DNA of 64,000 nucleotides from Candidatus Uhrbacteria bacterium CG_4_9_14_3_um_filter_41_35 (GCA_002791275.1 PFWT01000006.1:8831-72830); one strand, 5' to 3'; positions 21,601-29,923 are shown, counted from the stretch's first letter. Numbers and translations: made by a program. Notes: generated from the sequence alone by a model not told the origin.

Positions 21601-21754
21601 CATACGCTTGAGTTTCCAGTTGCTTAATAAAAGCACGCTCAAGCTCGGCCTCACTTTGGTAGTGAGCCACTCTTTTTTCATCAGACACATACTCGGAAAC
21701 AACCGTGCTTTGTGTGCTTTCAGCGACTAAATTGTATTTGTTCTTATTTGGCAT
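18698..21754 (-). CDS. hsdR: Type I restriction enzyme R subunit (EcoR124I/type IC-like)
   Basis: YDVTVLVNGLPLIHIELK nuclease motif, QINRY, HTTGSGKT, DECH, FTGTP, LTGFD, QAFSRTNR. Confidence 0.97.
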   Translation of the reverse strand: MPNKNKYNLVAESTQSTVVSEYVSDEKRVAHYQSEAELERAFIKQLETQAYEYLNITSENELVLNLRQQLEKLNNFTFSDTEWEKFFVSVIANPNQSIEEKTTTIQEDSTKILDRDDGTFKNIDLIDKKNVHNNSLQVINQYTTEDGQRANRYDVTVLVNGLPLIHIELKRRGVAISEAFNQINRYQRESFWASSGLFEYVQLFIISNGTHTKYYSNTTRFQHIKESSEGKIKKGKKSSNSFEFTSWWADATNRPITDLMDFAKTFFAKHTILNILTKYCVFTTEKQLLVMRPYQIVATERILNRVEVSTNYKKLGTVEAGGYVWHTTGSGKTLTSFKTAQLASKLPYIDKVLFVVDRKDLDYQTMREYDKFEKGAANSNTSTAKLKKQLEDSNSRIIVTTIQKLDRFISKNKNHTIFDGHIVLIFDECHRSQFGDMHASIVKAFSKYHLFGFTGTPIFAVNSSSGGRLDFKTTEQAFGEKLHTYTIVNAIADKNVLPFKVDYVSTVHEAENIEDAQVRDIDREAVLSAPERLENIVKYIREHFDQKTKRNSFYKIQDRRLAGFNSIFAVSSIDVAKKYYLEFKKQLADEPSDKRLKIATIFSFGVNDEDADGMIDENSEDTSGLDISSRDFLENAISDYNKMFGTSYDTSSDKFQNYYKDVSERVKNREIDILIVVNMFLTGFDATTLNTIWVDKNLRLHGLLQAFSRTNRILNSVKTFGNIVCFRNLEKATNESIALFGDKEASGIVLLKAYNDYYNGYKDDDKEVRGYKSLIDELLENFPVGERIVGEQIQTDFIRSYGAVLRVRNILTTFDEFAGNEILTERDVQDYHSMYIDLYNEFRKGEEGEKENVNDDVVFEMELIKQVEINIDYVLGLIKHYHEDHTKNKELLVDINKAIDSSVELRNKKDLINKFITSLDVHSIIDEDWQKFVEEKKIEELNKIIENENLDPEATYKFINNAFRDGNVATTGTVISKIMINRPSRFSPDGGYGKKRENVLNKLTSFFERFFDISAKNL

Positions 21755-22865
21755 ATTCTTTTTCTTTGAAAGTTAAAAGTTTCCCGCGGTAATATTCATA
21801 TTGCTGTCTGCGAGCTTTGAGTTCAGCGGGAAGACCGATTGAAATGTCATTTACAAGTGCATCAAATTTGTCGAGGATTGAAACTATTCTTTTTTGTTCG
21901 GTAAGTGGAGGTGTTGGGATTTTTATTTGATTTAAAATTGCCTGAGTTAAACTTGGACGTCCTGATCCTGTATCCAATTTCATTAAATCAACAGTTTTCA
22001 AATAGTGAAATAAAAACTTTGGAATAATTTTTTCTTCGTTTATTTCAGTATAATAAATAGTATCTACATTCCAAAACGGATCCTCTAAATAGTAAAGGTT
22101 TGTAATACTTCCTTTTCTTGGAATTAAAACAGTAGGCTTATCGTAGACCGATTTATTTACATAACCCATAACCCCTCCTGTGCCATAAACAGGAATTTTA
22201 CCATTTCCTAACTTCTTCCAGTCTTTTCCATTCTTAATCTTTGCAACACCTTGTAGTAAATCCCATTTTGAATTCGCATCAAAAGTCAACAACTCATTGC
22301 GATAATGCTCATACTGCTTTTTTCTTGCTTCCAGTTCTGCTTCCAGTTCTGCTTCCAGTTCTGCTTCCAGTTCTGTAAAACTATTAAGAATTTTAACAAT
22401 TTCTTCTTGGATGGCAAGAGGTGGGATGGGGATTAAAGTTTTTTTCAGAAAACTAAAGTGTCTTGTGTATTTACCTGTTTTTGAATAAAAATTATTTAAA
22501 GCATAGTAAAAATATTTTATATTTAATATATTTGAATTTGTTTTTAGAATTTTAATACCGTCCGCCCCTTGAGCAAAAGAAAAATCAATATATTTTAGTG
22601 CCTCAGTGTGGTCTCCGAAAATAACATATAAATCTTTAGCCATAACTGCAGCATTATCATCAGTATAGCCAACAATAAAATCTTGTCCTTGATCTATGAT
22701 AGGAAATTCACCTATTTCCTTGTAGTATTTTTTTGTAAGCTTTTTAGGAGGAGCACAGGTTGTTACGATTTTATTTATAAGCAAATTATCAATATCAAAA
22801 AACTCCACACCTGCTGGGCATAGTTCTGAGATTAGTTTTTCGATTTTTGGTTGGTTGGTTGTCAT
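21744..22865 (-). CDS. hsdS: Type I R-M specificity subunit
   Basis: Two TRDs; IPIPPLAIQEEIV and PPLTEQKRIV conserved regions; ELEA repeats; RxxQYEYYRxKLL. Confidence 0.96.
   Translation of the reverse strand: MTTNQPKIEKLISELCPAGVEFFDIDNLLINKIVTTCAPPKKLTKKYYKEIGEFPIIDQGQDFIVGYTDDNAAVMAKDLYVIFGDHTEALKYIDFSFAQGADGIKILKTNSNILNIKYFYYALNNFYSKTGKYTRHFSFLKKTLIPIPPLAIQEEIVKILNSFTELEAELEAELEAELEARKKQYEHYRNELLTFDANSKWDLLQGVAKIKNGKDWKKLGNGKIPVYGTGGVMGYVNKSVYDKPTVLIPRKGSITNLYYLEDPFWNVDTIYYTEINEEKIIPKFLFHYLKTVDLMKLDTGSGRPSLTQAILNQIKIPTPPLTEQKRIVSILDKFDALVNDISIGLPAELKARRQQYEYYRGKLLTFKEKEYAK
22326..22373 (-). repeat. Four perfect 12-bp tandem repeats (GAACTGGAAGCA; ELEA x4) in the hsdS spacer helix
   Basis: Read directly from the sequence. 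Confidence 0.95.
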
Positions 22866-24328
22866 ACTAATAATGGAATTAAAGATTCAATGGAAGTTTT
22901 AAGTTCTTCATCTGTAAATTTTGTATTATTTGGATTTTCGGGGTGGTGAATTATATTTCTAATTTTAGTGGGTAAGGTAGTATTGTATTCAATAACGGTT
23001 TTGTCTGACTTTAAATGTTTATACTTTTTGTCTATTTTAATAGCTTCACCACTTTTATTAAAAAGATATTTATCAAAATCTTCTGATTTACAATATTTCT
23101 CGTCTTCTAAAATAGCTTTTGCTTGAATAAAACCATAAAGCTCGTTGTGAAATTCAACAGATAAAACGCCAAACGCATAATAATTAATTTCCCCCCAAGA
23201 AGGACTTGAGGATCCAAACAAATCGAATTCATTGCCAGCTTCAACTTTGTTCATTCCTGAATCTTTTGAGAATATATTCATTGAATGGGTTTCTTTTTTA
23301 TATTTTTTCAATAAATATGGTGAGTGAGTAATTATAAAAATTTGTGACTTGTCGGATATTTTTTCAAGGGCGTCAAGAAGTTTGTTTTGAGCTTGCGGAT
23401 GTAAAAAAGTTTCTGGCTCATCAATAAAAAATAGTATTGGTTTAGAAATTCCGTTTTCATCTGATGAAGAAATATCAGCATACACTTGAATAAGTGCTAA
23501 TGCTAAGGCTCGTTGCATTCCTGTACCTTTTTCAGAACTTTTTGTTTCAATGCCATTTTCAGATAGAGCAATATTCCCCGTTTTGAAAAAACTCTCAATT
23601 TCAGGTAATAAAAAACTAAATCTTACTTCTGTTTCTCCGTACTGTTCAGACAAAATACTTTGTATTTTTTGTTCAACTGGTTGTAGCGTTTTAGCTAAAC
23701 TATTTTCGCCCTCTCCAAAAGTTTCTTTATGAGAATTTTGAAAATTTCTCCAAGTATCAGAAGTAATAAAATCTTTTGTTATCGTATTTATAATTTTTCC
23801 GCTAATTTTTGTTTTTGAAAAATCAGAAATATCACCAGAATTTGTATCAGCCCAAACAAACTGTGCATCAAAAAGTGCCGTAATTGTATTATCTATTCCT
23901 GTAGGATTCTCAAATTGGTTTGCAGTTGGATTAAACACACGAACATTTTTAATATCAAGCTTCTTTTTCTTTCCGTCTTGTGTAATTTCTTTTTCTTCGC
24001 TAGAACGCATTATGCGTAAACTTTTTTCACCATTAGTATCAATGAGGGAAGATTTATATTTTTTTAAGGCATCTATTTCAACAATAGATTCAATATCCTC
24101 ACCTTTGAATTCAATTTCAATAGAAACAAAACTATCTGTTTCAATTTCTGTCTTAGTGATGACTTCACTTCTATCCTTTTTTGAGCGTATAAAGTCAATA
24201 GCTTCAAAAACTGATGATTTGCCACAATTATTGTCACCAACAAAAAAATTCACGCCTTTGTCAAAAAGAATTTCGTGATCACCTTTAAAGCCTTTAAAAT
24301 TATGGAGTTTTATTTTTGATATATACAT
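22862..24328 (-). CDS. OLD/AAA_15-type ABC ATPase with C-terminal HEPN-like domain (putative PrrC-like defence effector)
   Basis: Walker A GDNNCGKS, signature KGTGMQR, Walker B/D-loop IDEPETFLHP, H-loop ITHSP; no TOPRIM motif seen; C-terminal RNIIHH (RxxxxH). Confidence 0.8.
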   Translation of the reverse strand: MYISKIKLHNFKGFKGDHEILFDKGVNFFVGDNNCGKSSVFEAIDFIRSKKDRSEVITKTEIETDSFVSIEIEFKGEDIESIVEIDALKKYKSSLIDTNGEKSLRIMRSSEEKEITQDGKKKKLDIKNVRVFNPTANQFENPTGIDNTITALFDAQFVWADTNSGDISDFSKTKISGKIINTITKDFITSDTWRNFQNSHKETFGEGENSLAKTLQPVEQKIQSILSEQYGETEVRFSFLLPEIESFFKTGNIALSENGIETKSSEKGTGMQRALALALIQVYADISSSDENGISKPILFFIDEPETFLHPQAQNKLLDALEKISDKSQIFIITHSPYLLKKYKKETHSMNIFSKDSGMNKVEAGNEFDLFGSSSPSWGEINYYAFGVLSVEFHNELYGFIQAKAILEDEKYCKSEDFDKYLFNKSGEAIKIDKKYKHLKSDKTVIEYNTTLPTKIRNIIHHPENPNNTKFTDEELKTSIESLIPLLV

Positions 24329-24333
24329 AATTT

Positions 24334-24420
24334 TTAATGATTTTTTTCAATATCCGCCATAATCTCATCAATCGCCGTCCTAAGCTCATTTTGCCCCACT
24401 GCAATTTTTAATTTCGCGTT
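24334..24420 (-). pseudogene. Duplicated hsdM 3'-end remnant
   Basis: Translates as ...GQNELRTAIDEIMADIEKNH*, versus the HsdM C-terminus ...RQNELRNAIDEIVVDIEGTN*. Confidence 0.85.
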
Positions 24421-24427
24421 TGTTATA

Positions 24428-24627
24428 TTATATTTCAGCCATTTTACAAGCTAACTGAATCTCTTCATCTTGGCTTTCTAACCACAGATCAACGTCTAAC
24501 TTATGTTCAGTTTTATTTTGGCTAATCATCTCCAATACAGGTTTTTTGTATTTAGATCAATAAATTTGGCACCATTATTGTCCTCAAAGAATTTTAATAC
24601 GTTTTCTACATTTATTGGATTTTTCAT
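24428..24627 (-). pseudogene. Small frameshifted ORF (about 66 aa if repaired)
   Basis: ATG 1 nt after the bro stop; a -1 shift at ACA AAA AAC joins MKNPINVENVLKFF... to ...PVLEMISQNK...MAEI*. Confidence 0.45.
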
Positions 24628-24628
24628 A

Positions 24629-25477
24629 TTATCCTTCATTATCCTTTAAAAATTTTTTATCATCATTCCCAAGATAGTTTTTCTCACTAATTACACTTCT
24701 ACCAAGCTCTTTTTCAGTTTCCTTCCTCGCGTTGCCTGCCACCTTACCACCTCTTTTGGCTACTCTTTTACTTTCAGTAATTCCTTTTGGTTTTTCTTGA
24801 CTCGATATTTCCGTGGTAACTTTTTCGCCAAGCATTGTAAAAATAAGCTCGAGATCCGTCATATTGTCTCTAAGATTTGCCTTAGATTTATCGGGAATAT
24901 TTTTGAGCTTCATATATTCGCTCGGCGTCATTCCAAAAGTCGCTTTGCTGATTTCTGCGGTCAAAATAGCATAGTCTCTTTGCTCTGTGATTCCTCTCTG
25001 TTTCCATTCATCCGTTAAATTTTGACGGATAGCAATTCCACGAAGTCTTTTGTCTATCCAATCTTGAGGATAGCCCTTTGCTTCATAGAGCTTTTTCATT
25101 CTTTCTTGGGCCAGTTCTGGATTTTCTATTTCCTCGATTCTTTCATAACCCACTTTGGCAAGCCACCTTTTGAAAGGTTCAGCTTTTGGAGAAGGGATGG
25201 ACTGGATAATTCTTAAAATCCCTTCAGTATTTGCACAATCTGTTTCTCTCATTTTTCCGTCTGGTGCAAGGAGTTTCAACCCGTGACAAAATGTCACGAC
25301 TTCACTTCCTTCTTCATTAAGTCTCTGTTTTAATTTTCTCCAATAAGCTCCCGCATCAGGACTTTCTGTAAGAGCAAAACATATATCAACGACCGAAAAA
25401 TACCATTCTTCATTATGCCAAATTTTACGAATTTGTTTTTTTTCAAACAGTGCGATTTTGTTGTGAGTATTTGCCAT
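24629..25477 (-). CDS. BRO-N family (phage antirepressor-like) DNA-binding protein
   Basis: WYFSVVD, YWRKLKQRL, RIIQSIPSPKAEPFKRWLA, NLRDNMTDLELIF. Confidence 0.9.
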   Translation of the reverse strand: MANTHNKIALFEKKQIRKIWHNEEWYFSVVDICFALTESPDAGAYWRKLKQRLNEEGSEVVTFCHGLKLLAPDGKMRETDCANTEGILRIIQSIPSPKAEPFKRWLAKVGYERIEEIENPELAQERMKKLYEAKGYPQDWIDKRLRGIAIRQNLTDEWKQRGITEQRDYAILTAEISKATFGMTPSEYMKLKNIPDKSKANLRDNMTDLELIFTMLGEKVTTEISSQEKPKGITESKRVAKRGGKVAGNARKETEKELGRSVISEKNYLGNDDKKFLKDNEG

Positions 25478-25486
25478 ATTACTATT

Positions 25487-27064
25487 TTAGTTAGTTCCTT
25501 CAATATCCACCACAATCTCATCAATCGCATTTCGAAGCTCATTTTGCCTTGCGACAATTTGGGAAATTTTACTGTTAAGTTCTTTTATATCAATTATTTC
25601 GCGAGTATCTTCTGCTACTACATAACTTGATACTGCAATATTATAATCATTTTCGCTAATAGTTTTATTATCCACCAGTTTTGCAAAATACTCTGTGTCT
25701 TTACGCTCAATAAACGCATTAAGAATTTTTTTGCGATTTTCTTCACTTAATTTGTTTTTATTTCCACCTCGCACAAATTCTTTAGAAGCGTCTATAAACA
25801 AAGTCTTATTATCTTTTTTACTTTTTTTCAATATAACAACACAGGTTGCGATAGTTGTTCCGAAAAAGAGATCGGGCGGTAATTGTATAACTGAATCTAT
25901 GTAGTTATTATCAATCAAATATTTACGGATTTTTTGTTCAGCTCCACCACGATAAAGAACCCCCGGAAATTCAACAATTGCCGCGGTTCCGCTGGTTGAG
26001 AGCCAAGAAAGCATGTGCATGGTAAACGCTAGATCTGCCTTGCTTTTTGGTGCCAAAACTCCTGCGGGAGAAAAACGAGGATCATTTATTATTAAAGGAT
26101 TGGCATCGCCGTCCCACTTGATTGAATATGGCGGATTGGAAACAATGGCGTCAAAAGGTTCATCGTCCCAGTGTTTTGGATCAGTAAGAGTATCACCATG
26201 GGCAATATCAAAATTGTTATAATTGATATCATGCAAAAACATGTTTATACGGCAGAGGTTGTAGGTAGTGAGGTTTATTTCCTGTCCGTAGAAACCAAGA
26301 CGAACATTGTCTTTACCGAGCACTTTTGCAAATTTAAGAAGAAGTGAACCGGAACCGCAACAAGGATCATAAACTTTATTTACTTCTGTTTTACCAACGG
26401 TTGTAATTTCAGCCAAAAGTTCACTTACTTCTTGAGGGGTAAAAAATTCTCCTCCAGATTTACCAGCATTTGAAGCATACATGGTCATCAAAAATTCATA
26501 AGCATCACCGAAAGCGTCAATTGTGTTATCTCCATAATCACCCAAGCGAAGATCACCGATAGCTTCTAACAGTTTTACAAGTTTTTGATTTCTTTTCTCA
26601 ACTGTTCCGCCTAGCTTATTTGAGTTCACATCCAAGTCATCAAACAATCCTTTAAGATCGTCTTCGCTATCAAATCCTTTGGCAGAATTTTCGATATTAT
26701 CAAAAACCTTAGAAAGTGTTTCGTTAAGCTTTGCATCGCTACGGGCATTTTTATGAACATTTATAAAAAGTTCGCTCGGCAGAATATAAAAACCTTTATT
26801 AATTATTGTTTCTATTCTACCAAATTCCGCTTCTTTATCACTCAACTTAATATAATCAAATTGTTCTTGTCCGAAAACTCGCCTTTCATCTTCATTGATA
26901 AAGTTAGTTAGATTTTCGCTAATGAAACGATAAAAAAGCATTCCAAGAACATACTGTTTAAAATCCCAGCCGTCGACACTTCCTCGCAAGTCATTCGCAA
27001 TTTGCCAAATAGCACGATGTAACTCCGAGCGTTCTTGCTCTTTTGTTGTATTTAAATTTGTCAT
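25487..27064 (-). CDS. hsdM: Type I R-M methyltransferase subunit (m6A)
   Basis: IWQIANDLRG, GEFFTP, YDPCCGSG, NPPY. Confidence 0.98.
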   Translation of the reverse strand: MTNLNTTKEQERSELHRAIWQIANDLRGSVDGWDFKQYVLGMLFYRFISENLTNFINEDERRVFGQEQFDYIKLSDKEAEFGRIETIINKGFYILPSELFINVHKNARSDAKLNETLSKVFDNIENSAKGFDSEDDLKGLFDDLDVNSNKLGGTVEKRNQKLVKLLEAIGDLRLGDYGDNTIDAFGDAYEFLMTMYASNAGKSGGEFFTPQEVSELLAEITTVGKTEVNKVYDPCCGSGSLLLKFAKVLGKDNVRLGFYGQEINLTTYNLCRINMFLHDINYNNFDIAHGDTLTDPKHWDDEPFDAIVSNPPYSIKWDGDANPLIINDPRFSPAGVLAPKSKADLAFTMHMLSWLSTSGTAAIVEFPGVLYRGGAEQKIRKYLIDNNYIDSVIQLPPDLFFGTTIATCVVILKKSKKDNKTLFIDASKEFVRGGNKNKLSEENRKKILNAFIERKDTEYFAKLVDNKTISENDYNIAVSSYVVAEDTREIIDIKELNSKISQIVARQNELRNAIDEIVVDIEGTN

Positions 27065-27066
27065 AA

Positions 27067-27276
27067 TTATTTAATTAAATCATCTACACCAACACCAAAG
27101 GCATTAGCAATTTTGGTTAGCGTGTCGATAGTAGGATTCTTGTTTGCACCACTCTCAACAGTAACCACGGTATTTAAAGAAAGGTCCGCTAATTTTGAAA
27201 GGCGATCTTGCGAAATACTCTGTTCTACGCGCAATCGTTTAATGTTTTTTCCGATGTTATTTTTAAAATTTTGCAT
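27067..27276 (-). CDS. XRE/Cro-C1 HTH regulator (controller-like) at the head of the R-M operon
   Basis: IKRLRVEQSISQDRLSKLADLS...ESG..NPTIDTLTKIANAFGV. Confidence 0.9.
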   Translation of the reverse strand: MQNFKNNIGKNIKRLRVEQSISQDRLSKLADLSLNTVVTVESGANKNPTIDTLTKIANAFGVGVDDLIK

Positions 27277-27548
27277 ACAATATAATGTATAGGTTTTGTT
27301 GAATAATATTACTTTAAATTCCTCCTGTCAAAAAAGTTGTTCCGCCAATAGGTGGAACTCCATATATTATCCTCATCAAAAAAGTGTTTCCGTGGTGGAG
27401 CGGAAAAAACCATTTTTCCCCTAATTAAAAGAAAAATAAATTTGAAAATTTGTTAAAACAAGTGGACGCTAGGCGCCACGGAAACTAAAAAGAATAGGGC
27501 GCAATGTGGCACGAAACATAACGAAGTAGCAACCCCTAATCACACGCT

Positions 27549-27815
27549 TTAATATGATTTGATCCGCTTTTTCCGTATAGGATAATAGACTACTCCAAAA
27601 ATAATAAACAAAACCCCACTCACAGCAGCAGCCCCTCCAACATATAGAAAAAAACTATCCTCCTCAAATAATTTAATAGCTGCAATGCCAAGAACAAATG
27701 CAGAAAAACCCGTTCTTACATACGCAAGTGTGTTGCGCTCATTGGCAAGAATAGTTCTTTCCTGAGCAAGAAGTTTGTGTGATTCAAACGATTTTTTTAA
27801 ATGATTATTTTCCAT
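27549..27815 (-). CDS. DUF202/YidH-family membrane protein
   Basis: LAQERTILANERNTLAYVRTG motif plus two TM segments; likely start at ATG 27815. Confidence 0.85.
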   Translation of the reverse strand: MENNHLKKSFESHKLLAQERTILANERNTLAYVRTGFSAFVLGIAAIKLFEEDSFFLYVGGAAAVSGVLFIIFGVVYYPIRKKRIKSY

Positions 27816-28436
27816 AATGTTATTGTTTATTGTTTTCTTAATAAAGATTACTGGCAAAGTAGTCATCCTAATCGCGGCTAACACAGTAGCCATCCAACAC
27901 CTTCCGCAGTGAATCCCAAATGGTTCACCGATGATCCGATTTTAGCACAAGCAAAACGAGTGGAAATTTTGGATATGCAGTGCCAATGAACCTGAATTTT
28001 ATTTATTTTTTTGTATAAGGCTCAAACGTCATCCCTTAATTTTATAAAAAGCTTAATCGGATTCATCTGTGTTACTATTCCTTCCGAAATTTTAAAACTC
28101 AGAGATATTAATTGAACACATTATCAAGATCGTTAGATGTAATAAGCGTATCACCTTCAAAGCGGCTTAAATCACGTTTCAGTTCTACTTTTGTCTCCGG
28201 AAATTGCTAAACCGTCAATTATTAATGACCATAAACTGTATCGTTCCTTAATTAATTTAAAAGAGCACACTTGAAATAGTTATCTAAATTATACTACAAG
28301 TTTGCTCGATCTGAAATATAACCAATTAAATATGAGCAATGGAAATATTAAGCACCTGGGAGACGATGTTACGAGCTTAATAATTTTTGATTTTCAAATT
28401 TAACAACAAAAATTCCCAGTAAACTGAGAATTTTTG

Positions 28437-28513
28437 TGGTGGGCGCTGAGGGACTCGAACCCCCGACCCTCTCGGTGTAAACGAGATGCTCTAGCCAGCT
28501 GAGCTAAGCGCCC
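28437..28513 (-). tRNA. tRNA-Val(UAC)
   Basis: Cloverleaf GGGCGCT...AGCGCCC-ACCA; anticodon loop TT-TAC-AC; TTGTCA-17-TATATT promoter upstream, terminator hairpin downstream. Confidence 0.97.
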
Positions 28514-28566
28514 TTATTCATTTGTGAGAGAAATATAACATAGACCTAAATTTTTGACAAGTGTTG

Positions 28567-28595
28567 TTGACAAGTCGCCATTTTCTAGTTATATT
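28567..28595 (+). promoter_or_regulatory. Sigma70 promoter of tRNA-Leu (divergent from the tRNA-Val promoter)
   Basis: TTGACA-17 bp-TATATT. Confidence 0.75.
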
Positions 28596-28603
28596 CGTTG
28601 CAC

Positions 28604-28691
28604 GCGCGGGTGGTGGAATTGGTAGACACGCAGGCTTGAGGGGCCTGTGCCTGTAATGGGCGTGGAAGTTCGAGTCTTCTCTCGCGCACCA
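28604..28691 (+). tRNA. tRNA-Leu(GAG)
   Basis: GCGCGGG/CTCGCGC acceptor stem, CAGGC-TT-GAG-GG-GCCTG anticodon arm, long variable arm, encoded CCA. Confidence 0.96.
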
Positions 28692-28745
28692 GTCGAGTCC
28701 TGCTCAAATTGTTTGGGCGGTAGTTGACAGCAAAAAAATGACGAT

Positions 28746-29099
28746 TTATTCGTCATTTTTTTGTTTAAGGTCCGTCTTGCTCGGTAAATCAACCTGATCT
28801 TTGCGTACTAGCCAAATTAACAGCAAGTCAGCAATTACAGCACCCACTAAAAAGGAGCCAGTAGTAAAACCTAGAGCCATCAGCATATCCGTAACCGCGA
28901 TCGATATGACTAAATTTAAAGTACAGCTATTTCTTTGTATAGTCCCTATAATCGCAGCAAAATAAGCTACACCAACTAATATAAATACCACACCGGTAGG
29001 CTGAGGAATCAATGATATCGCACCAGAAACCTGAGCAACAGCTCGAAGTGCCAATATAAACACCAATACAATCCCGTAATTACTAATTTTATTTTTCAT
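28746..29099 (-). CDS. Hypothetical membrane protein (about 4 TM)
   Basis: Hydrophobic ORF; ATG 29099 immediately after the upstream stop. Confidence 0.7.
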   Translation of the reverse strand: MKNKISNYGIVLVFILALRAVAQVSGAISLIPQPTGVVFILVGVAYFAAIIGTIQRNSCTLNLVISIAVTDMLMALGFTTGSFLVGAVIADLLLIWLVRKDQVDLPSKTDLKQKNDE

Positions 29100-29100
29100 A

Positions 29101-29847
29101 TTAAAACTTCCGCTCTTTACCAATAATTAATTTCAAATGGCTGGCTAAAACCGAAATTCTAAACTCTTTGCCTTCAAACTGTTCACCGTCTACTCGAATC
29201 CGAACCGTATTTTCGCCCGACATCGTGAGTTCTTTCACGGGCACAACCGTTGATTTAACTTTCTTTCGACTAAAGAGCGATCGATTCACGGTTCGAATTA
29301 CTAATTCAATTTTTCCGTCCGCCGGATTAGCTGCTGGAACAGTTTCATCTTCAATGGCCAGATTTCTAATTTCAATCGAGCATTTTTTAACCGGAAAGAC
29401 TTTAAACTTTCGACCGCAATCAATTTCCATACCCGCGCCATTGTCGATCATGCAGGAATTTATAAAACGATGACCGTTGATGACACCAGTATCAATTGCC
29501 TCAACCATTCGAGCAGAAATAACGTCGCAGGCAGCCACACCGTTTGGAATCCCCAGCATACTAGCAATAAAGTTTCCGTCTTTGCCAAGTGGAATAATCC
29601 CAAGAACCGAGCGGTGGTCAGCGGCAGCGTCGATAACTTTACGCAGGGTTAAATCATTACCCACGGCGATGATAGTTTTTGCCCCTTTCAGACTAGCGTC
29701 ACGAATAAGTTCCGAGGCGTCTCGAAAAAGAGCAAGACGGGCAATCTTGCCACTTATGCCAAGGTCAGTTAACCTTGTTTCAATATTCGCCAGCTCGCGT
29801 TCATACTTTGCGTCCTGTACGAATTCATCGTAAACGTAGTAGTACAT
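29101..29847 (-). CDS. Diacylglycerol kinase (DAGK/YegS) family protein, divergent
   Basis: IIAVGNDLT (GGDGT-like), LGIIPLG, IDTGVING, VDGE. Confidence 0.75.
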   Translation of the reverse strand: MYYYVYDEFVQDAKYERELANIETRLTDLGISGKIARLALFRDASELIRDASLKGAKTIIAVGNDLTLRKVIDAAADHRSVLGIIPLGKDGNFIASMLGIPNGVAACDVISARMVEAIDTGVINGHRFINSCMIDNGAGMEIDCGRKFKVFPVKKCSIEIRNLAIEDETVPAANPADGKIELVIRTVNRSLFSRKKVKSTVVPVKELTMSGENTVRIRVDGEQFEGKEFRISVLASHLKLIIGKERKF

Positions 29848-29923
29848 ATAAGACTATAACCATGACCCTAACTATAACTTCAGATTGTCGAGGTTATCGT
29901 TATTGTTATTGTCACCGCTACTG

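Noticed and set aside
22862-24328. Gabija GajA, OLD nuclease or retron/Septu PtuA
   Set aside because: No TOPRIM motif, and no UvrD helicase, HNH or reverse transcriptase partner nearby
16800-28513. Intact integrative element at tRNA-Val with att sites
   Set aside because: No integrase, and no duplicated tRNA 3' end was found near 16.8 kb or 18.6 kb; only an island-like context is supported
28589-28792. ORFs overlapping tRNA-Leu (and 41937-42203 over tRNA-Ile)
   Set aside because: Shadow frames across tRNA genes
29850-29923. Degenerate hexamer repeats as a functional element, and ORF 29775-30197
   Set aside because: Short low-complexity intergenic sequence; the ORF is antisense to bactofilin
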